Of a DNA stretch of 32,000 nucleotides, positions 24,499 through 32,000 are shown in pieces; position 1 is the stretch's first letter; every line of letters starts with the position of its first letter. The notes beneath the pieces were generated by a model. The model saw only the letters and a list, made by a program, of their open reading frames with translations. It searched no databases and had not been told where the DNA came from. The position numbers and the translations under genes are program-made. The stretch lies in contig NC_017448.1 of assembly GCF_000146505.1 (NCBI RefSeq), positions 1,590,001 through 1,622,000 on the forward strand, given 5' to 3'. This DNA is from Fibrobacter succinogenes subsp. succinogenes S85 (lineage in GTDB: Bacteria > Fibrobacterota > Fibrobacteria > Fibrobacterales > Fibrobacteraceae).

Positions 24499-26037
24499 AT
24501 GGCTCTATCTAATATCGACATCGCTACAATTCTTTCAATGGAAGAATCGCAGACTTTTGACCGCAAAAGCATTAATATTGCTCCGCGTGATTTTTCCAAC
24601 CATGTCTGCGCATTCGCCAATGCCGATGGCGGCATTATCGTAGTCGGCATTTCGGACAAGACCAAACGCATAGAAGGCGTTGATTCTCGGGAACGTCAAA
24701 TAAACGAGCTATTACGAGTACCGATGGATTTCTGCCTGCCTACGGTTCCATTCGTTCATGAATTTGTGGATTGTGTAGATTCAAACGGCAAGGCAAACCA
24801 TGTTCTTGTTTTCCATATAGAAGCGAGTCCGCTTGTTCACGAGAACCAAGCGCATGACGCCTATATACGGATTGGAGACAAATCAAAAATTCTTTCTTAC
24901 GAGGACCGCATGACGCTTAGCCTAGACAAAGGATTGCGCTCGTTTGAAGATATTTTGGTTCCAGATTCAAGTTACGACGATATTGATGAAGTTTACCTCA
25001 AGGAGTATCTGCAAATGGTAGGATACTCAAGAAGCCCTCGGGAGTATCTATTGCAAAACAAGAACTTTGCCAAGGAGAAGGCCGGCGAAATACGGCTAAG
25101 CGTTGCAGCTATATTACTATTCGGAAAGAATCCGCAGCAGTTCTTTCCTCGCGCTCGTGTACGCTTTATCCGCTATGAGGGTACCGAGGAAAAATTTGGA
25201 ACTGAGATGAATGTCATCAAGGACGTAATCTTTGAGGGGCGAATTCTTGAACAGATTCGGCAGGCTGTTGCCTATATTCAGACGCAAATCAAGGAACGTA
25301 CGTATTTGACCAAGGGCGGAATTTTTACCACAGAACTTGAGTATCCTGAATTTGTACGTACAGAACTAGTTGTCAATGCGGTAACACATAGGGATTACTC
25401 TATTCGCGGAACAGAAATTCAAATCAAGATGTTCGATGATCACTTGGTTGTCGAGTCACCTGGCAATTTGCCGAGTCAAGTAAAAATTGACAAGATTAGG
25501 AATGCGCATTTTGCACGAAACTCACACATCGCGGAGTACCTAAAGGATTACAAGTATGTTAAGGATTTTGAAGAAGGCGTTGACCGAATGTATCGAGAAA
25601 TGGAGGCGTCAGGTTTACCTGTGCCTGAATACCGTCAGGATTCTTTCATTTTGAAGGTCATTGTCAAAAATTCAGGTTTTGCCCTTCAGAAAACGGGATT
25701 TGAGTCCGAAAAAACGGGATTCGCTCTTCAAAAAACGGGAATTGAATCTGAAAAAACGGGATTTGCTCTCCAAAAAATGGAAATCGCATCTATTGTATTA
25801 AATTCAGGTTTTGGGAAGACAATAAAAGAAAAAATGAAAAAAATCATTGATGAAATAGACGAAAATCAAGTAATTGCAGCAAAGGATATTATGAAAATTT
25901 TAGCGTGCAAGCCAACCGCCGCAACAGAGATGATTAAACGAATGCGCTCGCTAAATCTTTTGAATAAAATAGAAGGAGTAGGACCAGGTCGTTATTCCTT
26001 AAATTTTCTCTCAATAACCACACCGAAGGACTTGTAA
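24499..26037 (+). CDS. AlbA_2 (Schlafen-like) DNA-binding domain protein with HATPase_c_4-like domain and C-terminal wHTH
   Basis: The N-terminal EESQTFDRKS...HVCAFANADGGIIVVGISDK is the AlbA_2 signature. The middle NAVTHRDYSIRGTEIQIKMFDDHLVVESPGNLP is the RecG-like HATPase_c_4 block. Its stop codon TAA lies inside the rightmost 18-nt core. Confidence 0.8.
   Translation: MALSNIDIATILSMEESQTFDRKSINIAPRDFSNHVCAFANADGGIIVVGISDKTKRIEGVDSRERQINELLRVPMDFCLPTVPFVHEFVDCVDSNGKANHVLVFHIEASPLVHENQAHDAYIRIGDKSKILSYEDRMTLSLDKGLRSFEDILVPDSSYDDIDEVYLKEYLQMVGYSRSPREYLLQNKNFAKEKAGEIRLSVAAILLFGKNPQQFFPRARVRFIRYEGTEEKFGTEMNVIKDVIFEGRILEQIRQAVAYIQTQIKERTYLTKGGIFTTELEYPEFVRTELVVNAVTHRDYSIRGTEIQIKMFDDHLVVESPGNLPSQVKIDKIRNAHFARNSHIAEYLKDYKYVKDFEEGVDRMYREMEASGLPVPEYRQDSFILKVIVKNSGFALQKTGFESEKTGFALQKTGIESEKTGFALQKMEIASIVLNSGFGKTIKEKMKKIIDEIDENQVIAAKDIMKILACKPTAATEMIKRMRSLNLLNKIEGVGPGRYSLNFLSITTPKDL
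25675..25782 (+). repeat. 42-nt in-frame tandem repeat, 2.5 copies (GFALQKTGxESEKT)
   Basis: GFALQKTGFESEKT / GFALQKTGIESEKT / GFALQKME, read from the translation and the DNA. Confidence 0.8.
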
Positions 26038-26072
26038 AATTTTCTTGCTCCCGTGGCGCAAGCGCAAAATGC
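26031..26072 (+). repeat. right 42-nt boundary repeat of the cassette array
   Basis: CTTGTAAAATTTTCTTGCTCCCGTGGCGCAAGCGCAAAATGC is 39/42 identical to 21760-21801. Confidence 0.85.
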
Positions 26073-26209
26073 AGATGTACGTAAACTACTATGATCGTTA
26101 TGTAAAGCAGGATTTCAAAAAACCGACTATCGGCATTTTACTTTGCAAAGAGAAGAAGGATACCCTTGTGAAGTTGACGTTACCCGAAAAAGCAAATATT
26201 TATGCCCCC
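26069..26209 (+). pseudogene. 3' fragment of a YhcG/DUF1016-type PD-(D/E)xK nuclease gene
   Basis: KMQMYVNYYDRYVKQDFKKPTIGILLCKEKKDTLVKLTLPEKANIYA matches the C-terminal block of the YhcG family (GKMxFYxxxxD...PTIGIxLC..K....V.Y.L). No N-terminal 250 aa is present upstream, and the frame then runs into nhaC out of frame. Confidence 0.5.
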
Positions 26210-26229
26210 ACTTTTCTATCTTTCACGTC

Positions 26230-27573
26230 ATGCAAAACGAAAACATTCAAGAAAAGATCAAGGGCAACCCGATTGCCCTTTTGCCTATCGCCGTGTTCCT
26301 GGTACTTTATCTGGGTCTCGGCATCACGTTTGAATATATCCTCAAAATCCCGATGGGATTTTACAACATCCCGATTGTCGCGGCGTTCCTGGTGGCGATT
26401 TTCGTGGCTTGCGTACAGAACCGCAAGCTGAATTTTGACCACAAGATGAATGTGATGGCAGGTGCACTTGGCGACCGCAATATTTTCTTGATGATCCTGA
26501 TTTTCCTTTGCGCGGGCATTTTCGCGGGGATTCTCGGGCGTTCAAGCGCTTCGGCGGCAGCATACTTGCTCTTGGATTTCATTCCGGCGCAGTTTGCGGT
26601 GGTGGTGCTGTTCGTTGTCGCGGCGTTTGTCTCTACGGCGATGGGTACGTCTGTTGGCACAATTGCAGTGGTCTCCCCGATTGCGGTCGAAGTCGCACAG
26701 ATGGCGGGCTTTGGCGTTCCATTCTGCGTAGCGACGGTGATTGGCGGCGCGATGTTTGGCGACAACTTGAGCTTTATTTCGGATACGACGATTGCGGCTA
26801 CGTCTACGCAGGGCTGCAAGATGAAGGATAAGTTCCGTGTGAACTTTCTGGTGGCAGCTCCGGCGGCACTTCTCGCGATTATCATCATCACGGCAATTTC
26901 CTTTGTGACCAAAGCAAATACGGTTGCAGAAAATTCCTACAATCTCGTACAACTTATTCCTTACGTTCTCGTGTTGGCGCTCGCGCTCACGGGCATCAAC
27001 GTTTTTGCAGTTTTGCTCATCGGCATTGTCGCAGCCTCCATCATTATGGTGGGTTCTGGCACGCTTAATATGATTGGCCTTTTGCAGAACATCGGGAACG
27101 GCATTTCGGGAATGTACGAGACAATTCTCGTGGCGGTTCTAGTGAGCGCCTTGTGCGGGCTCATCCGCATTCACGGCGGTTTTGCGGCTCTGTTAGACTT
27201 TATCCATAAAGTGTTCAAGGGGCACCGCAGCGGTCAAGTGGGCGTTGGCCTCTTGGTGAGCGCACTCGACATTGCTACAGCAAACAACACGGTCGCCATC
27301 GTGATGGCAGGCCCGATTGCAAAGCAGATGGGCGACGAATACAGAATCTCGCCGAAAAAGACAGCTTCGCTTCTGGACATATTCAGTTGCGTGGTGCAAG
27401 GCATTTTGCCTTACGGCGCACAGATGCTCGTGGCACTTGCAGCCATTTCAACGGCTATCCCGAACGCAAACATCAGCGCATTCGACCTCATTCCCTACAT
27501 GTTCTATCCATTCCTGTTACTTGTCAGCGTACTCATATTCATTGCAATTTCTCCACGCAAGAACAAACAATAA
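26230..27573 (+). CDS. nhaC: Na+/H+ antiporter NhaC family protein
   Basis: 447 aa from ATG 26230 (MQNENIQEKIKGNPIALLPIAVFL). It is polytopic, with a GDNLSFISDTTIAAT block typical of NhaC-type transporters. Confidence 0.8.
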   Translation: MQNENIQEKIKGNPIALLPIAVFLVLYLGLGITFEYILKIPMGFYNIPIVAAFLVAIFVACVQNRKLNFDHKMNVMAGALGDRNIFLMILIFLCAGIFAGILGRSSASAAAYLLLDFIPAQFAVVVLFVVAAFVSTAMGTSVGTIAVVSPIAVEVAQMAGFGVPFCVATVIGGAMFGDNLSFISDTTIAATSTQGCKMKDKFRVNFLVAAPAALLAIIIITAISFVTKANTVAENSYNLVQLIPYVLVLALALTGINVFAVLLIGIVAASIIMVGSGTLNMIGLLQNIGNGISGMYETILVAVLVSALCGLIRIHGGFAALLDFIHKVFKGHRSGQVGVGLLVSALDIATANNTVAIVMAGPIAKQMGDEYRISPKKTASLLDIFSCVVQGILPYGAQMLVALAAISTAIPNANISAFDLIPYMFYPFLLLVSVLIFIAISPRKNKQ

Positions 27574-27728
27574 ATTCAACAATATTTTGCACTAACGGTT
27601 CCCCGCCTCTGCAGGGATTTTTTTCATATTCCAATTTAGACTGCCCCACAACTACTCCTCATATATGTTACTTTGTAGTTTACAATTGAGTCGGTTAAAC
27701 GTCTCAAAATAAAATTAAGAAGGCAATC

Positions 27729-28172
27729 ATGAAAAGCGTAAAAATTATGGCGATAGCCATGCTAGCGTTGATGGTGACAACATCATTCGCAGCACGAATT
27801 GTACAATCAAAACTAGGCGATATCGAAATCACTAAAACACAAGATGCAAGCGAAGTTGTCTGCACCGCAGAATTCAATGACGAACTGACAATTGTCAAAG
27901 AAGCAGAAACAAAAGTTCTCGTCAAAGGCCAATGCGGGCAAGGTTGGGTTGATAAAGATAAGGTCGTGTATGTGGTGAAAAGACCAGGAGACAAAAGCAT
28001 TACTTTGGATGAACAGGTTCTCGTAGACTGGACCGATAATCCGAGTGCCATAATCGTTTTTGAACACCCCGATATTGATGATGAGGAGGTGAAAATGGAC
28101 CGCGATTTCAAAGAATACCTGACATACACAATCGATCGTGAGCAAACAGAAAGACGAAATGGAGAGAACTGA
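27729..28172 (+). CDS. secreted hypothetical protein (possible SH3-like domain)
   Basis: Signal peptide MKSVKIMAIAMLALMVTTSFA. The segment LTIVKEAETKVLVKGQCGQGWVDKDKV resembles a bacterial SH3. Confidence 0.55.
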   Translation: MKSVKIMAIAMLALMVTTSFAARIVQSKLGDIEITKTQDASEVVCTAEFNDELTIVKEAETKVLVKGQCGQGWVDKDKVVYVVKRPGDKSITLDEQVLVDWTDNPSAIIVFEHPDIDDEEVKMDRDFKEYLTYTIDREQTERRNGEN

Positions 28173-28185
28173 GCTCACGCATCAG

Positions 28186-28212
28186 CGCTGCCCTGCGGGG
28201 CAGCGTTTTTTT
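28186..28212 (+). terminator. intrinsic terminator
   Basis: CGCTGCCC-TGCG-GGGCAGCG, a perfect 8-bp stem, followed by TTTTTTT. Confidence 0.8.
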
Positions 28213-28256
28213 ATAGACATTTTCCGTTTTTGCATTTTTTAACGTAGATTTATAGC

Positions 28257-28895
28257 ATGAAACTCGCCCTGAAAATAGTTGCGATTTTGCTCATCATTTG
28301 CGCTACAAGCGTGACGACTGCGCTTGTCATGAAGAAGCTGTACCCAGACACAAAACAGACGAGCATTACGAGCGAGTTTGTGGAACAGCAAATCAGCGAG
28401 ATTTCGGAGCTTGCGACGCTCCATCACCACTACCGCAAAAACGCGAACTACCAGGACGCCAAAAAGCTTCTTGAATACATGCCCGACTGGAGAATCAACA
28501 AGTCCATCAAGGAATTTTCGCTCGTTTATCAGGGCGATGTCAAGCTGGGTTATGACTTGAAGGATATCAAGATTCTTGTCGAACCGAACTCGCAGAACAT
28601 TTTCATTTATCTGCCGGAGCCCAAGATTCTGAGCCACAGCATTGATTTCGAAAGCATCCAGGTTCTTTGGGAAAAGCAGGGCTGGTTCAACAATATCCGC
28701 TTTGAAGACTTCAAGCAGTTCTTTATTTCTGAACAAAAGAAATACGAGCAAGAAAATAGTGCCGAGCTGAAGCGCAGGGCCCGCGAACACGCAATGAAGT
28801 TAATCCAGTTGCGGCTCGGGACAACCATCGAAAGCGGCTACAAGGTCAACCTGGAACAGCGCGACCACGTGCAAGAAATTCCGATTTCAAAATAA
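28257..28895 (+). CDS. membrane-anchored hypothetical protein (possibly DUF4230-like)
   Basis: N-terminal TM helix and 212 aa. The family guess comes from overall layout only. Confidence 0.5.
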   Translation: MKLALKIVAILLIICATSVTTALVMKKLYPDTKQTSITSEFVEQQISEISELATLHHHYRKNANYQDAKKLLEYMPDWRINKSIKEFSLVYQGDVKLGYDLKDIKILVEPNSQNIFIYLPEPKILSHSIDFESIQVLWEKQGWFNNIRFEDFKQFFISEQKKYEQENSAELKRRAREHAMKLIQLRLGTTIESGYKVNLEQRDHVQEIPISK

Positions 28896-28978
28896 ACTAT
28901 AAACAAAACTGGCCGCCCCGCGAGGGACGACCAATTTAAACTTTAACTAGAGAACAGCGTTTTCAGCAGTGGCATCAC

Positions 28979-29006
28979 TGTCTACTGCCTACTTCCTACT
29001 GTCTAC
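28979..29006. repeat. tandem heptamer array TGTCTAC-TGCCTAC-TTCCTAC-TGTCTAC
   Basis: Four contiguous 7-mers immediately 3' of tsf. It contains CCTACTTCCTACT, the reverse complement of 30793-30805. Confidence 0.7.
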
Positions 29007-29009
29007 TAA

Positions 29010-29891
29010 TTAGTTACCGCGTTCGAAGCGGATGAAGTTCACGACCTTCAAGCTGGTAAGGCCGAGCTGCTTTGCAACGACTTCCTGGAGGTAGTCCTTG
29101 ACAGAGAGCTTCTTCGGGTTCTTTTCAGACATGAAGAATTCCTGGTCTTCGAGAACGATTTCCTTAAGGACCTTAGCCACGCGGCCATCAATCTGGCGCT
29201 GCATGAATTCAGGCTTGGTCTGCTTGCCAGAAGCTTCGATCTGAGCCTTGGCAATTTCCTTTTCCTTTTCGATCGTTTCAGCCGGAACTGCAGCATCGTT
29301 CAAAGCAACCGGAGCGAAAGCAGCGGCCTGCATAGCGATGTCCTTAGCAGCCTGCTTGAGAGCAGCTTCGTCAGCAGAGCCTTCAAAAGCGAGTTCAGTG
29401 ATAACACCGATCTTGCCCTTCATGTGGCTGTAAACGCCAAACACGGAGTTCGGAACCTTCTTGATTTCTGCAAACTTGCGGAAGTCAATGTTTTCCTGAA
29501 TCTTCACGAGGACGTCCTGGAGGCGGTCATTGATCTTGACGCCATCGACGACAGCGTTCTTGAGATCTTCGACGGAAGCGATATCCTGCGTTTCAACAGC
29601 CTTGGTGGCCATAGCAGCGAGGGCAACGAAGTCGTCGTTGTTGGAAACCGGTTCAGTTTCGCAGGTGAGTTCGAAAGCGGCAGCCTTGTCAGCAGTTTCG
29701 ATAAGGTAAACGCGGCCTTCCTTAGCAGCCTTGTCTGCGCGCTTTGCAGCGACAGCAGCACCGTGCTTGCGGAGGAGTTCAACGGCCTTGTCCATGTCAC
29801 CGTCAGTTTCGACGAGTGCCTTCTTGCACTGCATCATGCCGACGCCAGTCTTCTGGCGGAGTTCGTTAACGAGGGATGCGGTAATCTGCAT
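29010..29891 (-). CDS. tsf: translation elongation factor Ts
   Basis: MQITASLVNELRQKTGVGMMQCKKALVETDGDMDKAVELLRKHG is the canonical EF-Ts UBA-like N-terminus. Confidence 0.95.
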   Translation of the reverse strand: MQITASLVNELRQKTGVGMMQCKKALVETDGDMDKAVELLRKHGAAVAAKRADKAAKEGRVYLIETADKAAAFELTCETEPVSNNDDFVALAAMATKAVETQDIASVEDLKNAVVDGVKINDRLQDVLVKIQENIDFRKFAEIKKVPNSVFGVYSHMKGKIGVITELAFEGSADEAALKQAAKDIAMQAAAFAPVALNDAAVPAETIEKEKEIAKAQIEASGKQTKPEFMQRQIDGRVAKVLKEIVLEDQEFFMSEKNPKKLSVKDYLQEVVAKQLGLTSLKVVNFIRFERGN

Positions 29892-29892
29892 A

Positions 29893-30633
29893 TTACTTGT
29901 CCTCGCCGTTGTCGAACTTCTTCACTTCTTCCTTGGATTCCTTCTTGTCAGCAGCGACGCGCGGCTTGACGTTAGCAGCGATATAGTCCACAATGAGCTT
30001 GAGGGACTTCACAGCGTCGTCGTTTGCCGGAATCGGGTAGTCCACGAGGGTCGGATCGACGTTCGTGTCGCAGATGCCGATGATAGGAATGTGGAGACGG
30101 CGAGCTTCTGCAACAGCGATCTTTTCGTGAGCGAGGTCGGTCACGACGAGAAGGCCCGGGAGGTTTACCATTTCGCGGATACCACCGAACACGTCGAGGA
30201 GCTTGGCGCGTTCACGAGTCTTGTCGAGGACTTCCTTCTTGGAGAGAGCCTGGAAGGTGCCGTCCTGTTCCATGGTGTCGATCTTGTCAATCTTCTTGAT
30301 GGACTTGCGGACAGTCTGGAAGTTCGTGAGCATACCGCCCAACCAACGGTTGGTGACGGAGAACTGGTTGCAGGTAGCAGCAGCGTCGAGCACGCACTGA
30401 CGTGCAGTCGGCTTCGTGCCAACGAAGAGCACGGTCTTGCCAGATTCAGAAATCTTGGCAGCAGCCTTAGCAGCTTCTTCGAGGAGGTCACGAGTCTTGG
30501 AGAGGTTGAGAACGTAGATGCCGTTCTTTTCTGCCAAGATGTACGGTTTCATTTTCGGATTCCAGCGCTGAGTCTGGTGACCAAAGTGGGAGCCTGCAGC
30601 AAGCAGATCTTCGACGGAAGGCAAATTAGCCAT
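29893..30633 (-). CDS. rpsB: 30S ribosomal protein S2
   Basis: From ATG 30633: MANLPSVEDLLAAGSHFGHQTQRWNPKMKPYI..., the canonical S2 start. Its stop is 1 nt from the tsf start. Confidence 0.95.
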   Translation of the reverse strand: MANLPSVEDLLAAGSHFGHQTQRWNPKMKPYILAEKNGIYVLNLSKTRDLLEEAAKAAAKISESGKTVLFVGTKPTARQCVLDAAATCNQFSVTNRWLGGMLTNFQTVRKSIKKIDKIDTMEQDGTFQALSKKEVLDKTRERAKLLDVFGGIREMVNLPGLLVVTDLAHEKIAVAEARRLHIPIIGICDTNVDPTLVDYPIPANDDAVKSLKLIVDYIAANVKPRVAADKKESKEEVKKFDNGEDK

Positions 30634-30790
30634 AGTATATTTTCCTTTTCGGTTGTTACTACCCGGACTGCAATTAAGCCACAAAGCGAAGTCAATATTA
30701 ATTGTACCGCGCCACCGAAGCGACTCTTGCAAGCCGGTGATTGTTTATGCCCAGGCGATATTGCTTGGACGGGTGCAAAGATAGAAAAAG

Positions 30791-30822
30791 TAGTAGGAAG
30801 TAGGAAGTGGGAAGTAGGAAGA
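30791..30822. repeat. tandem heptamer array TAGTAGG-AAGTAGG-AAGTGGG-AAGTAGG-AAGA
   Basis: It is complementary to the array at 28979-29006 and lies about 160 nt upstream of the rpsB start, on the operon's upstream side. Confidence 0.7.
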
Positions 30823-31013
30823 AAGTGCAAGAAAAAAGGCTTTCCGACATCTTATTACAAAAATATTACACAAAACTTATAATGGAGTTATTTCCGGCCC
30901 GTTCGGAGCATATTCAGAAATCCGGCGGGCTTAATAATTTTATCTTGTATCCGTAAAATTTTGCAGAGTAGCAGGATTTTCAATTAACCGTTAAATTAAA
31001 ACACTATAGTAAT

Positions 31014-31895
31014 ATGAGTCTTAAAATCGTTGTGCTTGCAAAGCAAGTACCTGATACACGAAATGTAGGCCCGGACGCCATGACGCCGCAGGGTACTATC
31101 AATCGTGCCGCATTGCCCGCGGTCTTCAACCCCGAAGACCTGAACGCCCTGGAGCAAGCCCTTCGTTTGAAGGACCAGTTCCCTGGTTCCACCATCTCCG
31201 TCTTGACCATGGGTCTCCCGAAGTCCGCTGAAGTCGTCCGCGAAGCTTTGTACCGCGGTGCTGACTGCGGTTACGTCGTGACGGACCGCCCGCTCGGTGG
31301 TGCTGACACGCTCGCTACGAGCTACACGCTCGCCCAGGCTGTGAAGAAGATCGGTGACTACGACATTATCCTCGGTGGCCGCCAGGCTATCGACGGCGAT
31401 ACCGCACAGGTCGGTCCGCAGATTGCAGAAAAGCTCGGACTTACTCAGGTCACTTACGCCGAAGAAATCTTGAAGCTCGACGAACAGGCACGCAAGGTCG
31501 TGATCCGCCGCCACATCGACGGTGGTGTCGAAACTGTGGAAGCACCGCTCCCGCTGGTCGTGACCGTGAACGGCAGTGCAGCTCCGTGCCGTCCGCGCAA
31601 TGCAAAGCGCATCATGAAGTTCAAGAATGCGACTGCAGTTGCCGAACGCAAGCCGGAAGATGCAGACAAGTACGCAGCTCTCATCGCTAAAAAGCCCTAC
31701 CTCGACATCCCGCAGTGGGGTGCAGCCGATATCGACGCCGACCCGGCTCAGATCGGTAAGGCAGGCTCGCCGACGAACGTGAAGGCCGTCAAGAACATCG
31801 TGTTCAAGGCCAAGGAAAGCCGCACGCTCTCCGCAAGCGACGCCGACATTGAAGGACTTATCAAGGAACTTTTAGACGGGAAGATTATTGGCTAA
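31014..31895 (+). CDS. etfB: electron transfer flavoprotein beta subunit
   Basis: MSLKIVVLAKQVPDTRNV...NPEDLNALEQALRLKD...GRQAIDGDTAQVGP is the canonical EtfB pattern. Confidence 0.9.
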   Translation: MSLKIVVLAKQVPDTRNVGPDAMTPQGTINRAALPAVFNPEDLNALEQALRLKDQFPGSTISVLTMGLPKSAEVVREALYRGADCGYVVTDRPLGGADTLATSYTLAQAVKKIGDYDIILGGRQAIDGDTAQVGPQIAEKLGLTQVTYAEEILKLDEQARKVVIRRHIDGGVETVEAPLPLVVTVNGSAAPCRPRNAKRIMKFKNATAVAERKPEDADKYAALIAKKPYLDIPQWGAADIDADPAQIGKAGSPTNVKAVKNIVFKAKESRTLSASDADIEGLIKELLDGKIIG

Positions 31896-31898
31896 CCT

Positions 31899-32000
31899 AT
31901 GAATAACGTATTTGTATATTGCGAAATTGAGGGAACCACCGTCGTTGACGTTTCCCTTGAACTGCTTTCTAAGGGTCGCAAGTTGGCCAACACTCTCGGC
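31899..32000 (+). CDS. etfA: electron transfer flavoprotein alpha subunit (5' partial, runs off the window)
   Basis: ATG lies 3 nt after the etfB stop. MNNVFVYCEIEGTTVVDVSLELLSKGRKLANTLG is an EtfA-like start. Confidence 0.7.
   Translation, partial: MNNVFVYCEIEGTTVVDVSLELLSKGRKLANTLG

Noticed and set aside
21760-26072. Canonical integron (intI plus attC cassettes)
   Set aside because: There is no tyrosine-recombinase ORF in the window. The repeat unit lacks the RYYYAAC ... GTTRRRY core pair in either orientation, with only near-misses such as GTTAGAG on the reverse strand. I could not find the long imperfect end-to-end hairpin expected of attC. I kept only the looser cassette-array interpretation.
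21760-26072. CRISPR array
   Set aside because: The repeats are 0.9-1.7 kb apart and separated by protein-coding genes. The repeat units are 18-165 nt, with no short regular spacers.
26045-26431. 128-aa ORF spanning the right boundary repeat
   Set aside because: It is a chimera. It starts at TTG inside the repeat, reads the yhcG-like fragment, and then continues out of frame through the 5' end of nhaC.

Overview
The window resembles a Fibrobacter-type chromosome. This is inferred from a protein carrying the Fibrobacter succinogenes major paralogous domain, a secreted glycoside hydrolase with a CBM6 module and a T9SS-like tail, and roughly 50 percent GC in the core genes. Ordinary core genes lie on both sides: nitroreductase, vsr, pepT, an SLC13 permease, panE, NUDIX, gpx-ohrR-PTP, a glycoside hydrolase and a thioredoxin-like protein on the left, and nhaC, tsf-rpsB and etfBA on the right. 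Between them (about 14.3-26.2 kb) is an accessory, defence-island-like region with no recombinase or transposase gene in view. It has three parts. (1) A visibly AT-rich block (about 15.6-21.6 kb) holds a C5-cytosine methyltransferase convergent with a controller-protein/nuclease operon. That operon contains two different PD-(D/E)xK-like nuclease candidates. (2) An uncharacterised operon (19576-21534, minus strand) has its first gene split by a frame change. (3) Most unusual is a cassette array (21760-26072) in which three unrelated cargo modules are separated by a reiterated 18-nt core. Each module is preceded by a conserved leader of about 145 nt (promoter-like hexamers, intrinsic-terminator hairpin, palindrome, SD). 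The cargo is a RelE/XRE toxin-antitoxin pair, an ORF6N/PLD-like gene plus a small ORF, and an AlbA_2/HATPase protein. The whole array is bracketed by 42-nt direct repeats and abuts a decapitated yhcG-like nuclease gene. All calls come from reading the sequence and ORF translations by eye. No searches or computations were run.
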